A DNA stretch of 64,000 bases from Anaeromyxobacteraceae bacterium (GCA_047602405.1 JASGHJ010000002.1:3360001-3424000), one strand, 5' to 3'; counted from the first letter of the stretch, positions 40,855-50,044 are shown. Program-made: numbers and translations. Notes: generated by a model not told the origin, from the sequence alone.

Positions 40855-41808
40855 ATGTTGCCCACCCAAACCGCATCTCGGCCGTCAGCAGGTACGACGC
40901 GGTACCTGCTCGACGGGCTGTCGGTGATCGCTCAGTACGACACGGCCGGCACACGGCAGGCTTGGTACACGCAGTCGCTCGCGCGGATCGACGAGGTGCT
41001 GAACGTCGTCAACGCGAGCGGGAAGTTCTGGTACCAGAGCGACGCCCTCGGCTCCGTCTACGCGCTCACCACCCAGGGCGGGGAGGTCCGAGCTCGCGGC
41101 GGCTACGACGTGTTCGGGGAGTCGGTTGCCCTCTCAGGCACGGCCGTAGGACAGCCGTTCGGGTTCACGGGGCGGGAGCACGAGGCAGACTCGGGGCTCG
41201 TGTATGCGAGGGCACGCTATGCCCGCCCCGCTTCCGGTCGCTGGCTGGCGCCGGATCCCCTCGGGTTTGTCGACGGACCCAATAGATACGCATACGTACA
41301 GGCCAATCCGACCATCTATACCGATCCTAGCGGGCAGGTCATATTCGTGGATTCAGTCCGCAAAGGCATTGGCATGTTCGCCGCTTCAGCGGAACAGGAA
41401 GCAGGCATCCGATTGATCGGAGTCGGGCTAGTGGACTTCAACCCGATGATCGTCGCGTACGGTCTCTCTCACCTGATGACCGGCATCTATGTCGAGGTTC
41501 TCAACGGGGGGTGTCCAGCGCTCACTCCTCAGGGACGAGGACTTTGGGTCGAGGAGCGGGTCTCCAACCTGTTCCGCAGTGCTGGGTACGTAGTCCAGCG
41601 AGGTCGACGCATCATGACCCCGTTCGGCGAGCGCGTCGTCGACCTTGTCGTGTTCCGTCCTGGAACCACCGTTCTCAAGTTCGAAGACGCGCTCTTCACG
41701 ATCGAGGTCAAGTTCGGCCGATTCGCGAAGTGGGACAAGATTCAACGAGTCAAGGATCTGTTCATCGAGAACGTAAGCAGTGTCATCCACTTTGTTGTCC
41801 AAGGGTGA
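40855..41808 (+). CDS. Orphan RHS core tail + C-terminal toxin A (PD-(D/E)XK nuclease-like)
   Basis: FGFTGREHEADSGLVYARARY, YAYVQANPTIYTDPSG (DPxG cleavage motif); C-terminal E...VDLV...IEVK; lacks the N-terminal RHS shell. Confidence 0.85.
   Translation: MLPTQTASRPSAGTTRYLLDGLSVIAQYDTAGTRQAWYTQSLARIDEVLNVVNASGKFWYQSDALGSVYALTTQGGEVRARGGYDVFGESVALSGTAVGQPFGFTGREHEADSGLVYARARYARPASGRWLAPDPLGFVDGPNRYAYVQANPTIYTDPSGQVIFVDSVRKGIGMFAASAEQEAGIRLIGVGLVDFNPMIVAYGLSHLMTGIYVEVLNGGCPALTPQGRGLWVEERVSNLFRSAGYVVQRGRRIMTPFGERVVDLVVFRPGTTVLKFEDALFTIEVKFGRFAKWDKIQRVKDLFIENVSSVIHFVVQG
40880..41198 (+). repeat. Left arm of a 319-bp inverted repeat (RHS core tail), partner 44062-44380
   Basis: Near-identical to the reverse complement of 44062-44380, with scattered mostly synonymous differences. 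Confidence 0.92.
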
Positions 41809-41814
41809 GCTGCT

Positions 41815-42219
41815 ATGAGCGTGTCGCGCGTGATCGGGAAGGAATTGGAACGAGCCCTCGCCCCGCACGGGTTTGCGCGGCGTGGCTTGACTTTCGTCCT
41901 ACACAGGGAGCCCAACTACTGGGTCGTGCGCGTGTTCAACGACAAGAGGCGAGGCGTGGGGCTTGTCGTGAGGGTTATTTCCGAGCTCGAGTCGCGCGCC
42001 AAGGGCTTACCTGTCGCGGATCCCTTCCGAGACGGTGTTTCAAACTGGGAGTCGGGGCCGGCCTTCTTGTCGGCGCCTGAGTTTGCCGAGTGGGAGATTG
42101 TGTCCAACGAAAGCGATGCGGCTCTGCTCGCCACTCGCTGGGCAAGATGGGTGACGGAAGTCGGCTTCAGATTCTTCTTGGAGGGCTCTCGCGAACTGAA
42201 TGAGCGTTATCGCGCTTAG
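41815..42219 (+). CDS. Putative immunity protein for toxin A (DUF4304-like)
   Basis: 134 aa, starts 6 nt after the toxin stop; IGKELERALAPHGFARRG N-terminus. Confidence 0.7.
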   Translation: MSVSRVIGKELERALAPHGFARRGLTFVLHREPNYWVVRVFNDKRRGVGLVVRVISELESRAKGLPVADPFRDGVSNWESGPAFLSAPEFAEWEIVSNESDAALLATRWARWVTEVGFRFFLEGSRELNERYRA

Positions 42220-42350
42220 GTCCACACTCCAGGACAACCGGCTCGTCGGCATCGCGCTGCCGAACGGCGTCTCGAATGCCTTCGAGTGCGACGCCAACGG
42301 GCTGAGGACGAAGAAGACCGACTCGACCGGAACGACGCGATTCCTGGTGC
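42220..42350 (+). pseudogene. RHS/YD core fragment
   Basis: QDNRLVGIALPNGVSNAFECDANGLRTKKTDSTGTTRFLV ends at the GTTR(Y/F)L position where both orphan toxins begin. Confidence 0.8.
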
Positions 42351-42669
42351 AGAACCGCGCTATTGAGTCCTGTGCGCCAGATGAAAGGCGCTAGGTCGAC
42401 CGGTACCGCGTCGTACCGGTCGTGGTCACTAAGTCTGAGCCTGCCCCTTCTTACGCTTGGTGAGGTACCTGTCGAGGAACAGGCCCGCCGTGCCAAGCCA
42501 TGAGGCCCCTGGCCAACACCCAAAGCCGGCGATGCTGGCGTTGGAGGTGGCCTGGATAGGCTCCGGCCGCTGCGGTCAGGAATGCCAAGAGCGCGAGAAT
42601 CGTTAGCCAGCCAGAATGAGTTGTGGGCAGCGTCTTGCCGGCGTTTATCGGGTGTCAGCCCGGCCCGAC

Positions 42670-43359
42670 TCACGCTCGCACAACCCACCGGACATTGCTG
42701 ACCCGCAGAGACTCGACTGCCGTCTTGAATTCCTGTGACGCACCGATCCGGAACGTGTATCCCTCATAGAACAGGTCTCCGGCGGGGACGATGGTCGTCG
42801 TTGGGCCATCGGGTACATTAGGATATCCGCATTCTGCGCACTCTTTCGCTGCCCTTTCGATGGCCAGCAGGGGTTCATAGTCGGGGATGAGTTCAACGTA
42901 GTCGGCTGCCCCACCACCCACCATGGTAGTGGGGCACATCGCGAATCCGGATAGCCCATTTACCTGTTCTGCCACCCGTCGTGACACCACCAGTGTTGCG
43001 GGAATCGTCCAGATGAAGTCCGCAAGCGTCCGGGGCGCGTCCACGATGGTCGCCGGCACCCAGGCATCGCCGGGGCGAAGATCAGGCTGAGTAAGATTCG
43101 CCTTAGCAGTCGCTGTAGCGACCCGTGCAGAGAGAGCCCGGAACACCTCCGGTTGCACGGGACTCGGGTCGTTCAACTCGGGCCATTCTAATAGCTCGGT
43201 CGGCAGAGGCACCGGGATCACACGCCTTCCGGCCCAGGTGCGTCCGCAAACCGGACATTCGACTCCCGGCATCCCTATCGCATGCTCGGCCTTGCCAGCG
43301 CGGCCACCTACGCCTGCCGACCCGGGCTCAATTAGATACGAGTGCCCTGATGGGAGCAT
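42670..43359 (-). CDS. Double-CXXCG motif immunity protein (SitI6/Gmx_para_CXXCG-like)
   Basis: PGVECPVCGRTWAG and CAECG; LRPGD; directly downstream of toxin B. Confidence 0.8.
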   Translation of the reverse strand: MLPSGHSYLIEPGSAGVGGRAGKAEHAIGMPGVECPVCGRTWAGRRVIPVPLPTELLEWPELNDPSPVQPEVFRALSARVATATAKANLTQPDLRPGDAWVPATIVDAPRTLADFIWTIPATLVVSRRVAEQVNGLSGFAMCPTTMVGGGAADYVELIPDYEPLLAIERAAKECAECGYPNVPDGPTTTIVPAGDLFYEGYTFRIGASQEFKTAVESLRVSNVRWVVRA

Positions 43360-43436
43360 CGTGTGCCCTCACTCTCTACCCCTACAGCGAGTTCGGTTGC
43401 TTACCCACCTAAGTCCCGCGGCGCACCGCCGCTCGC

Positions 43437-44380
43437 TTACCGCAAGGTAACTACGTCGAGCGCTTTCCACAGCTCGAGGCCGAACTCTCGCATCATCTTC
43501 GTGAGCTGCACCAACACCTCCACCCGCGTAGCGTTCGGTCGGGCCCGGAAGAACTCGCGCCACACCACGTTCCAGCTGTCGGGTCCGTTGTGTATGCCGA
43601 CGCCCTTCTTGTTGTGCAGGCTGGTCGGAAGTCGGATCTTGTACTTTTCGATATCAATGCCAAGCCGCTGGAAGTCTCTCCTGAATTCGCGCGGGAGCAG
43701 ATGATGCTCTTGCGGCTTCCCCATCCATTCTCCGCACCTCGCGCACATCAGGACCATTTCGATGCCGCCGAACAGATAAGCAATGCCAAGCTCGGCGAAG
43801 TCCTCGTCGATGCCGCTGTCGAACGTCGAGGAGACAGCCAGGTACCTAATGCCCACAGTCATGAATGAGATGCCGGCCAGACACGTAACAGCGCGTCCCA
43901 GCGCGATGGCGTACACTGAATACCGTCCGGTCGGATCGCTGAGGAGCGTCGGCCGTCCAGTGACGTAGCCATACAGACCAGGGCCGTCCACGTCGCCGAG
44001 CCGATCCACCTGCGACCATCGGCCGAAGGCCGCCTGCATGTAGCGGTCTCGGTAGTACGTCAGCCCCGAGTCCGCCTCGTGCTCCCGCCCCGTGAATCCG
44101 AACGGCTGCCCGACGGCCGTCCCCCCGAGCGCGACGGACTCCCCGAACACGTCGTAGCCGCCGCGCGCGCGGACCTCACCGGCCTGGGTGGTGAGCGCGT
44201 AGACGGAGCCGAGGGCATCGGCCTCGTACCAGAACTTCCCGCTCGCGTTGACGACGTTCAGAACCTCGTCGATCCGGGCGAGACTCTGCGTGTACCAAGC
44301 CTGCCGCGTGCCCGCCGTGTCGTACTGAGCGACCACCGAGAGCCCGTCGAGCAGGTACCGCGTCGTACCTGCTGATGGCC
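43437..44380 (-). CDS. Orphan RHS core tail + C-terminal toxin B (SitA6/DUF2380, HH-type nuclease-like); start unclear
   Basis: FGFTGREHEADSGLTYYRDRY, RPTLLSDPTG; C-terminal EHHLLPREFRRDFQRLGIDI...LH...IHNG..WNVVWREF. Confidence 0.82.
44062..44380 (-). repeat. Right arm of the 319-bp inverted repeat
   Basis: Partner of 40880-41198. Confidence 0.92.
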
Positions 44381-44530
44381 CGGGTGAGCCCGCAACTGGC
44401 AGAGTCGGCCAGTTCGACTCGAACCCAGACCTTCCCCAGGAGCTCTCCGCAAGGACCCCCACGGCAAGATTCTAGCCCCTGTTCGTGCGGCCTTTGCCCT
44501 TGAGTCCGTCGAGCAGCAGATGCACTCGCG

Positions 44531-44562
44531 AAAAATGGAAGGGGCCCGCCGAGGCGGGCCCC
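44531..44562 (-). terminator. Intrinsic terminator of uraA
   Basis: GGGGCCCGCC-GA-GGCGGGCCCC followed on the minus strand by TTCCATTTTT. Confidence 0.75.
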
Positions 44563-44589
44563 CCAAGGGTGCTGCGCGGTTCCGTCCGT

Positions 44590-45885
44590 CTACCCGGCGG
44601 CCTTCTCCGCCGCGCCGTCCGCCTTCGCGTTGAGCGACTTCGGCAGCACGAGGTTGAGGAGGACGCCGACGTAGGTCGCGAGCGACATCTCGCCGACCTC
44701 GAGCTGGCCGATGTGCAGCTTCGCGCCGCCGATGCCGATCACGAGGATGACGGAGGCGATGATGAGGTTGCGCTTCTCGGAGAAGTCGATGCCCGCCTCG
44801 ACGAGCATGCGGATGCCGGCGGAGGCGATGATCCCGAAGAGCAGGATGCAGATGCCGCCCATGACCTGCACCGGGATGGAGCGGATCAGCGCGCCCACCG
44901 GCGGGAGGAACGACATCACGATGGCGATGACCGCGGCGAGGCCGATGACCCACACGGAGAAGACGCGGGTGATCGCCATGACGCCGATGTTCTCGCCGTA
45001 GGTCGTGGACGGCGGGCCGCCGAGCATGCCGGCCACCGCGGTCGCGACGCCGTCGCCGGCGAGCGAGCGGTGCAGGCCCGGGTCCTTCACGAAGTCGCGC
45101 CCGACCACCTTGTTCGTCACGATGAGGTGGCCGATGTGCTCGGTGATGACGACGAGCGACACCGGGGCGAGCAGCAGGATCGCGCCGAGGTCGAACTTCG
45201 GGAAGACGAACGGCGGCACCGCGAACGCCGAGGCGTTCTTCACGCCGGAGAGGTCCACCTGGCCGGCGAGGGCGGCGACGACGTAGCCGCCGATGATGCC
45301 GATGAGCACCGGGATGACGCCGAGGAAGCCCTTGAAGAAGACCGCGGCGAGCACCGCGATGGCGAGGGAGGCGAGCGCCACCATGAAGTACGACTGGTGG
45401 TACTCCTGCGTCGCGCCCTTCGTCGCCATGCCGACGGCCACGCCGGCGAGGCCGAGGCCGATGACCATGACGACCGAGCCGATCACCACCGGCGGGAGCA
45501 GCACGTCGATCCACTTCGTGCCGAACTGCGCGATGAGGAGCGCCACGACGATGTAGATGATGCCCACCGTCACGCAGCCGCCCATCGCGACCGCGATGCG
45601 GTCGGGCCCGGCGATGTTGCCGGGGGCCACGCCGAGCAGCGCCGTGAGGCCGCTGATGAACGCGAAGGAGGAGCCGAGGTAGGCCGGGATCTTGCCCTTC
45701 GTGATGAGGATGTAGATGAGCGTGCCGACGCCCGACGAGAAGAGCGTCACGCTCGTGTCGAGGCCGACCAGGAAGGGCACGAGCACCGTCGCGCCGAACA
45801 TGGCGAAGAGGTGCTGCAGGGACAGCGGGAGCGCCTGCAGGAACGGCGGGCGCTCGTGGACGTCGATGGTGCGCGTGGAAGCCAT
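44590..45885 (-). CDS. uraA: Uracil/xanthine permease (NCS2)
   Basis: SLQHLFAMFGATVLVP, IPAYLGSSFAFI, EHIGH, TTYGENIGVMAITRVFS. Confidence 0.93.
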   Translation of the reverse strand: MASTRTIDVHERPPFLQALPLSLQHLFAMFGATVLVPFLVGLDTSVTLFSSGVGTLIYILITKGKIPAYLGSSFAFISGLTALLGVAPGNIAGPDRIAVAMGGCVTVGIIYIVVALLIAQFGTKWIDVLLPPVVIGSVVMVIGLGLAGVAVGMATKGATQEYHQSYFMVALASLAIAVLAAVFFKGFLGVIPVLIGIIGGYVVAALAGQVDLSGVKNASAFAVPPFVFPKFDLGAILLLAPVSLVVITEHIGHLIVTNKVVGRDFVKDPGLHRSLAGDGVATAVAGMLGGPPSTTYGENIGVMAITRVFSVWVIGLAAVIAIVMSFLPPVGALIRSIPVQVMGGICILLFGIIASAGIRMLVEAGIDFSEKRNLIIASVILVIGIGGAKLHIGQLEVGEMSLATYVGVLLNLVLPKSLNAKADGAAEKAAG

Positions 45886-45993
45886 GCTTGCTCCGGGTGG
45901 GCGTGGAGGACGGAAGAGAGATGTGAAACCGGCGCCGCCGCTGCGGGGTTCCCCGCCACGACGGCGCCGATCAGGCGACGCTCGGGCGCGGGG

Positions 45994-46812
45994 CTAGTGG
46001 AGGTTCCACTGCACCATGACCTGCGGCGCGGAGATCGTCTCGCCGCCCAGGTCCGCGTCCGCCGCGTTGTAGTGCAGGTACCACTCGACGCCGAGCCAGA
46101 GCGAGCCGCGCGGCGCGCCGGCGAGGCCGCCGACGTCGAAGAGCAGCTCGGGCTGCGCCATCACGTCGAGCTTCTTGTCCTTGCCGCCGAAGTCCTTGAG
46201 GGGGGTGATGTCGACGAAGCCCGTGAAGAGGGCGGAGACCGGGCCGATCGCGAAGGGGATGCCCCACGACGGCGAGAGCTGCCAGGTCTTGTTGCCCACG
46301 TGGCCGAAGCTCGGCGCGAACTGCACCGAGTCCTGACGGTAGAAGAGGTTCACCGACAGGAAGGAGTACTGGATGGGCAGGTCGATGTCGCAGCCGATGC
46401 CGGCGAGGTACGCCCAGAAGTTCTTGCCCTGGTTGACCTCGAACGCCGGGCCCCAGTTCTTGAAGATGCCGAGCGTGTTGCCCTCGTGCCCGACCATCTT
46501 GTTGACGAAGAAGCGGGGGTGCCACTCGGTGTAGACGGTCGACTGGCTGTTCGTCTCGAGCTTCGTGCCGGGCACGAGGTAGTCCGCGCGCGACATGTCG
46601 ACGAACGCGAAGTTGTCGCCGTACTTCCACACCGAGAAGTGGTTCACGGTCAGCGTGAGCTGCTGCCCGTCCTTGGCGTTGTAGTCGAGGATCTTCTCCT
46701 TGAAGCCGGACAGGCCGTAGAGCGCCTGGACGTTCGTGGTGGCGAACTGGGCGGAAGCGACGGCCGGCGCGAGCGCGGCGACGAGCGCGAGCAGCGTGGT
46801 GCGAGCGGACAA
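45994..46812 (-). CDS. Tsx/OmpK-like nucleoside-specific outer membrane channel
   Basis: TTG start after GGAGGG; signal peptide; TLTVNHFSVWKYGDNFAFVD, YTEWHPRF, GFVD, QPELLFDVG, LGVEWY; upstream of uraA. Confidence 0.75.
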   Translation of the reverse strand: MSARTTLLALVAALAPAVASAQFATTNVQALYGLSGFKEKILDYNAKDGQQLTLTVNHFSVWKYGDNFAFVDMSRADYLVPGTKLETNSQSTVYTEWHPRFFVNKMVGHEGNTLGIFKNWGPAFEVNQGKNFWAYLAGIGCDIDLPIQYSFLSVNLFYRQDSVQFAPSFGHVGNKTWQLSPSWGIPFAIGPVSALFTGFVDITPLKDFGGKDKKLDVMAQPELLFDVGGLAGAPRGSLWLGVEWYLHYNAADADLGGETISAPQVMVQWNLH

Positions 46813-46964
46813 GGGAGATCCCTCCGGGTTGGTGGCGAATGTGGGACGGCGGTAGCGGTGAGTACCGTCCGGGTCTGACAGGAGCGGGGCATGGATCCAT
46901 GCCCACACCGGCCGCGCCTGCGGTCGATCGTCGCAGCCACCAGGAAGTACGAGGACTTGGGGTG

Positions 46965-48974
46965 CTACCGCGGGACCGCGGCGACGCCGCCGGCCACGAC
47001 CGAGTACCCCGCCGAGCGCAGGTCCCGGGGGCCGGAGAGGCCCAGCCGCAGCGACGGCAGCGACGGATCCAGCCGCCCGAGGTCGATCGCCGGCAGGGGC
47101 GCCGACCCCATCGCCGACCCGAGGAGGTCCGCGAGCTTGGCGCGCAGGATCCCGGCCATGAGCCCCTCGGTGAGCGACCGGCTCGCCGGCAGATCGCCCC
47201 AGTCCACCGAGGCGAGCTCGACCGTGACCTCCGGCGCCTCCGCGAACGCCGGACGGAACGTGCCGGTCGCGGGGTCGACGCCGAGCCCGTCGAGCCCGAT
47301 CACGATCGAGAGCCAGCCGGTGACGTGGGCCGAGCCGCGAGGCCCCTCGAGCGCCACGTCGAAGGCGAGCTCGCCCCAGCCGAGCTCGAGGCCGGCGCTC
47401 CCGTCCCGCCGCGGCATCACGACCGGGGGGAGCGCCGGGGCGACGCTCACGACCGCCCGCACGCCCGGGGAGCCGGGCACGCCGCCCTCGAGCGCGAGCC
47501 GGGATACGTCGAGCGCGCCGGCGGCCCACGCCGCGTGGAGGAGCTGGTTGAGCGCGTCGTCGGCGAGGCCGAGGGCGAGCGCGTCGCCCGCGAGCGCCGC
47601 CTCCGCGGGCAGGCCCCCGCCGAGCCGCATCGCGCCCCGCGCGCCCGCGTGGAGCGCGCCGCCGGCGCCGTCGGGCGGCCGGATCCGCACCCGCAGCCCG
47701 ACGAGCGCCCGCTCCGGCGTGAAGTCGGCGAGGTCGAGCCCGGCCTCGAGCGCGAGCGCGCCACCGCCGAGCGCCGGGGGCAGCTTGATGGCGCCGCCCA
47801 CCGCGGCCACCGCGGGGAGGAGCCGCCGGAGCCGCGCGTCGACCGCGACGCGCACGCCGTCGCGGAGCGCCGCCTGGATCGGCCCGCGCACCACCGACTC
47901 GATGCCGTCGCCGATGAGGCTCCCGAGGCCGGTCCAGTCGACGAGCCGGCCGAGGGCGATGTCGATGTCGAGGCCGTCGAGCGAGGCCGAGGTGGAGGTC
48001 ACCTCGAGCGTCGGCAGGCCCGCCGCGCCCGCCGCGACGGCGGCGTGCGCCTCGAGCGTGAGCGCGCGGACGGTCACGTCCCCGTGGACCGAGTCCTGCG
48101 CGTCGCCGAGGCAACCCGAGTCGACGTTGCCGGTCACGCCGAACGGGACCCGGAGCGCGTGGACCGTGATCCGCGCGACGACGCCGCCCTGCTCGAGCGC
48201 GAGCCCGTCGACGGTGATGGGGCCGCGGGTGAGCGGCCCGTCCTTCCAGGCGACGTAGCCGGTCCGCTTGTTCGTGACCGTGTAGAGCGCGCAGGAGTAG
48301 CGCTTGGTGTCGAGCTGGCCGTCGCCGTTCGCATCGGGCGAGGCGATGCGCTGGGCGCCGACCTCCGCGTCGAGGTCCTGCGCGTCGAGCACCGTCTGCA
48401 CGACGGTCGCGACGTCGTCGGGCGTGGCGCGATCGCCGTCGTCGAGGAAGCGCGGCCCGAGGCGGACGAGGAGGCCGCTCCCGGCGGACGCGCCGGCGCC
48501 GTCGGCGTCGAAGAACCCGGGTGCGACGAGCACCGCCTGCGCGAGGGTGCCGCGCTCGCCGGCGTCGTTCACGACCTCGCCGCGGAGCACCTGCAGGCCG
48601 ACGCCGGGCGTCACCTCGGCCGCGAAGGTCCGGCAGGACCCCGAGCCCGTGAGCGCCAGCGCCGAGCCTGCGAGCGTCGCGGACGTGATCGCGTGGACGT
48701 CGTCGCAGGCCCGGCCCGCGAGCGCCAGGGGCCCGGCCCCGTCGAGCATGGCGCCGCGCGCGGGTGCGTCGAGCGCGAGCGTCGGGCCGAGGTAGCCCGG
48801 GGGGTCCGCGGCGGGCGGCAGTGAGGGCGGTGGTCCGGAAGCGCCCTGGCGGCCGCCGTCGTGGCAGGCCGCGAGGGCGAGCGCGAGCACGAGGGCACCC
48901 TCTACCGTACGCCCCGAGCGTAGGGCCGCGAAGCGGCCCGGAGACGAGGGGCCCGAAGACGAGGGTCGCCTCAC
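46965..48974 (-). CDS. Lipoprotein, possibly with an LBP/BPI (TULIP)-like fold
   Basis: GTG overlaps the upstream TGA; lipobox LAAC; ALGLADDALNQLLHAAWAAG. Fold assignment is inference. Confidence 0.65.
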   Translation of the reverse strand: MRRPSSSGPSSPGRFAALRSGRTVEGALVLALALAACHDGGRQGASGPPPSLPPAADPPGYLGPTLALDAPARGAMLDGAGPLALAGRACDDVHAITSATLAGSALALTGSGSCRTFAAEVTPGVGLQVLRGEVVNDAGERGTLAQAVLVAPGFFDADGAGASAGSGLLVRLGPRFLDDGDRATPDDVATVVQTVLDAQDLDAEVGAQRIASPDANGDGQLDTKRYSCALYTVTNKRTGYVAWKDGPLTRGPITVDGLALEQGGVVARITVHALRVPFGVTGNVDSGCLGDAQDSVHGDVTVRALTLEAHAAVAAGAAGLPTLEVTSTSASLDGLDIDIALGRLVDWTGLGSLIGDGIESVVRGPIQAALRDGVRVAVDARLRRLLPAVAAVGGAIKLPPALGGGALALEAGLDLADFTPERALVGLRVRIRPPDGAGGALHAGARGAMRLGGGLPAEAALAGDALALGLADDALNQLLHAAWAAGALDVSRLALEGGVPGSPGVRAVVSVAPALPPVVMPRRDGSAGLELGWGELAFDVALEGPRGSAHVTGWLSIVIGLDGLGVDPATGTFRPAFAEAPEVTVELASVDWGDLPASRSLTEGLMAGILRAKLADLLGSAMGSAPLPAIDLGRLDPSLPSLRLGLSGPRDLRSAGYSVVAGGVAAVPR
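48905..48955 (-). repeat. Degenerate REP-like element within the 5' end of a CDS
   Basis: CCCCTCGTCTCC-GGGCCGC-TTC-GCGGCCC-TACGCTCGGGGCGTACGG resembles CCCTTCGAC...GCTCAGGGCGAACGG with an inserted hairpin. Confidence 0.5.
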
Positions 48975-50044
48975 GGCACCTCCGAGGCCCAGCCCGCATC
49001 CCCGCGCGCCTGCGCCGAGAGCCAGTCGAGGAGCGGGACACCCTGGGTGAACCTGGCCGGGGCGCCGAGCATGGTGTGTCCGTCGCCCGGCACGAGGAAC
49101 GCCGCCGCGCCCGGCACCGGGCCGAGGTCGTCGGCGACGGCCGCGCGGAGCGCCGCCTCGAACTCGGCGGGCGCGAGCTGGAAGTAGCCGGAGACGACCT
49201 GGTCCCGCACCGAGGAGAGCAGCGCGAACCGGTCGCCTGGCCAGCGCGCGGCGAGCTTTCCGACGAGCGGCCCGAAGCCGGCGTCGCAGGCGCTCCCGCA
49301 GAGCGGGGCGAGGAACGCGTCGACGCCCCAGCTCGCCCGCCACGCGGAGAGCACCGCCGGCGGCACCGCGCCGTCGGGCAGCGGCGGGCCGGAGTCGTCC
49401 ACGAGGAGCCCGAGGGCGTGCGGCCAGGTGGAACGGAGGAGGTCGTAGTCGAGGAGCGCGCCGAAGCCGCCCGCGGAGGAGCCGGCGACGACGAGCCGGC
49501 GCGGCGAGGGGAAGGTCGCGGCGAGGCGCGGCAGCGCGGCCTCGAGGTTGAGCCGGCCGACGTGGTGGTACGCGCGCGCGCCCTCCGCGCCGGTGTACGT
49601 CGCGACGTGGACGCCGGCGTGCACGTCCCCGGTGCAGTACGGCACGAAGACGAGCGACGCGTCGGCGTAGGGGTTGCCGGCGACGGCGCGGTCGAGGATC
49701 GAGCCGGGGAGCCGGGAGGTCCCGAGCGCCTGGAACTCGGCCTCGCCGAACGGCCCGGTCGCGGCGAGGTCCAGCACGTAGCAGGAGAGCCAGTCCCAGC
49801 AGGCGCCGCCGCCGTTCAGGAAGACGACGAGGTCGGGGCCCGCGCCCGGGCTGACCGCGACGCCGGTGGGCGTGCCGTCCTCGCAGCGCGCGCCGTCGAC
49901 GGGCACCCAGCTCCACGCGCCGGCCGTGAGCCCCGGGATGGGCTGCGCGCCCGCGAGGGTACCGCCGGCATGGGGCGGGCCGTCCCCGCAGGCGGCGAGG
50001 ACGGCCGCGAGGGCGAGGGCCGCGGATCGGCCGGGGCTCGGCAC
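48971..50044 (-). CDS. Pectin acetylesterase/Notum-family hydrolase, lipoprotein
   Basis: CEDGTPTG, FLNGGGACW, FVPYCTGDVHAG, AGSSAGGFG, DDSG; lipobox LAAC. Confidence 0.88.
   Translation of the reverse strand: MPSPGRSAALALAAVLAACGDGPPHAGGTLAGAQPIPGLTAGAWSWVPVDGARCEDGTPTGVAVSPGAGPDLVVFLNGGGACWDWLSCYVLDLAATGPFGEAEFQALGTSRLPGSILDRAVAGNPYADASLVFVPYCTGDVHAGVHVATYTGAEGARAYHHVGRLNLEAALPRLAATFPSPRRLVVAGSSAGGFGALLDYDLLRSTWPHALGLLVDDSGPPLPDGAVPPAVLSAWRASWGVDAFLAPLCGSACDAGFGPLVGKLAARWPGDRFALLSSVRDQVVSGYFQLAPAEFEAALRAAVADDLGPVPGAAAFLVPGDGHTMLGAPARFTQGVPLLDWLSAQARGDAGWASEVP

Noticed and set aside
40144..41808. 554-aa ORF as a full-length RHS protein
   Set aside because: Its first ~240 codons are an off-frame shadow of the acyltransferase; RHS similarity begins only at about 40887.
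42463..42477. AGGTACCTGTCGAGG as a fifth recombination site
   Set aside because: It resembles only the right arm and lacks the GACGCG core; could be chance or a remnant.
42167..42688. 173-aa minus-strand ORF between the immunity genes
   Set aside because: No recognisable motif, and it crosses sites S3 and S4 and the RHS fragment; probably junction debris.
44400..44440. GGTTCGAGTC (minus strand) as a tRNA T-arm or integration site at the RHS island edge
   Set aside because: No T-stem, acceptor stem or cloverleaf could be built around it.
46813..46960. PyrR attenuator or riboswitch upstream of the Tsx-like/uraA operon
   Set aside because: A short GGACGG/CCGTCC stem exists, but no PyrR-binding consensus or terminator/antiterminator pair was recognisable.
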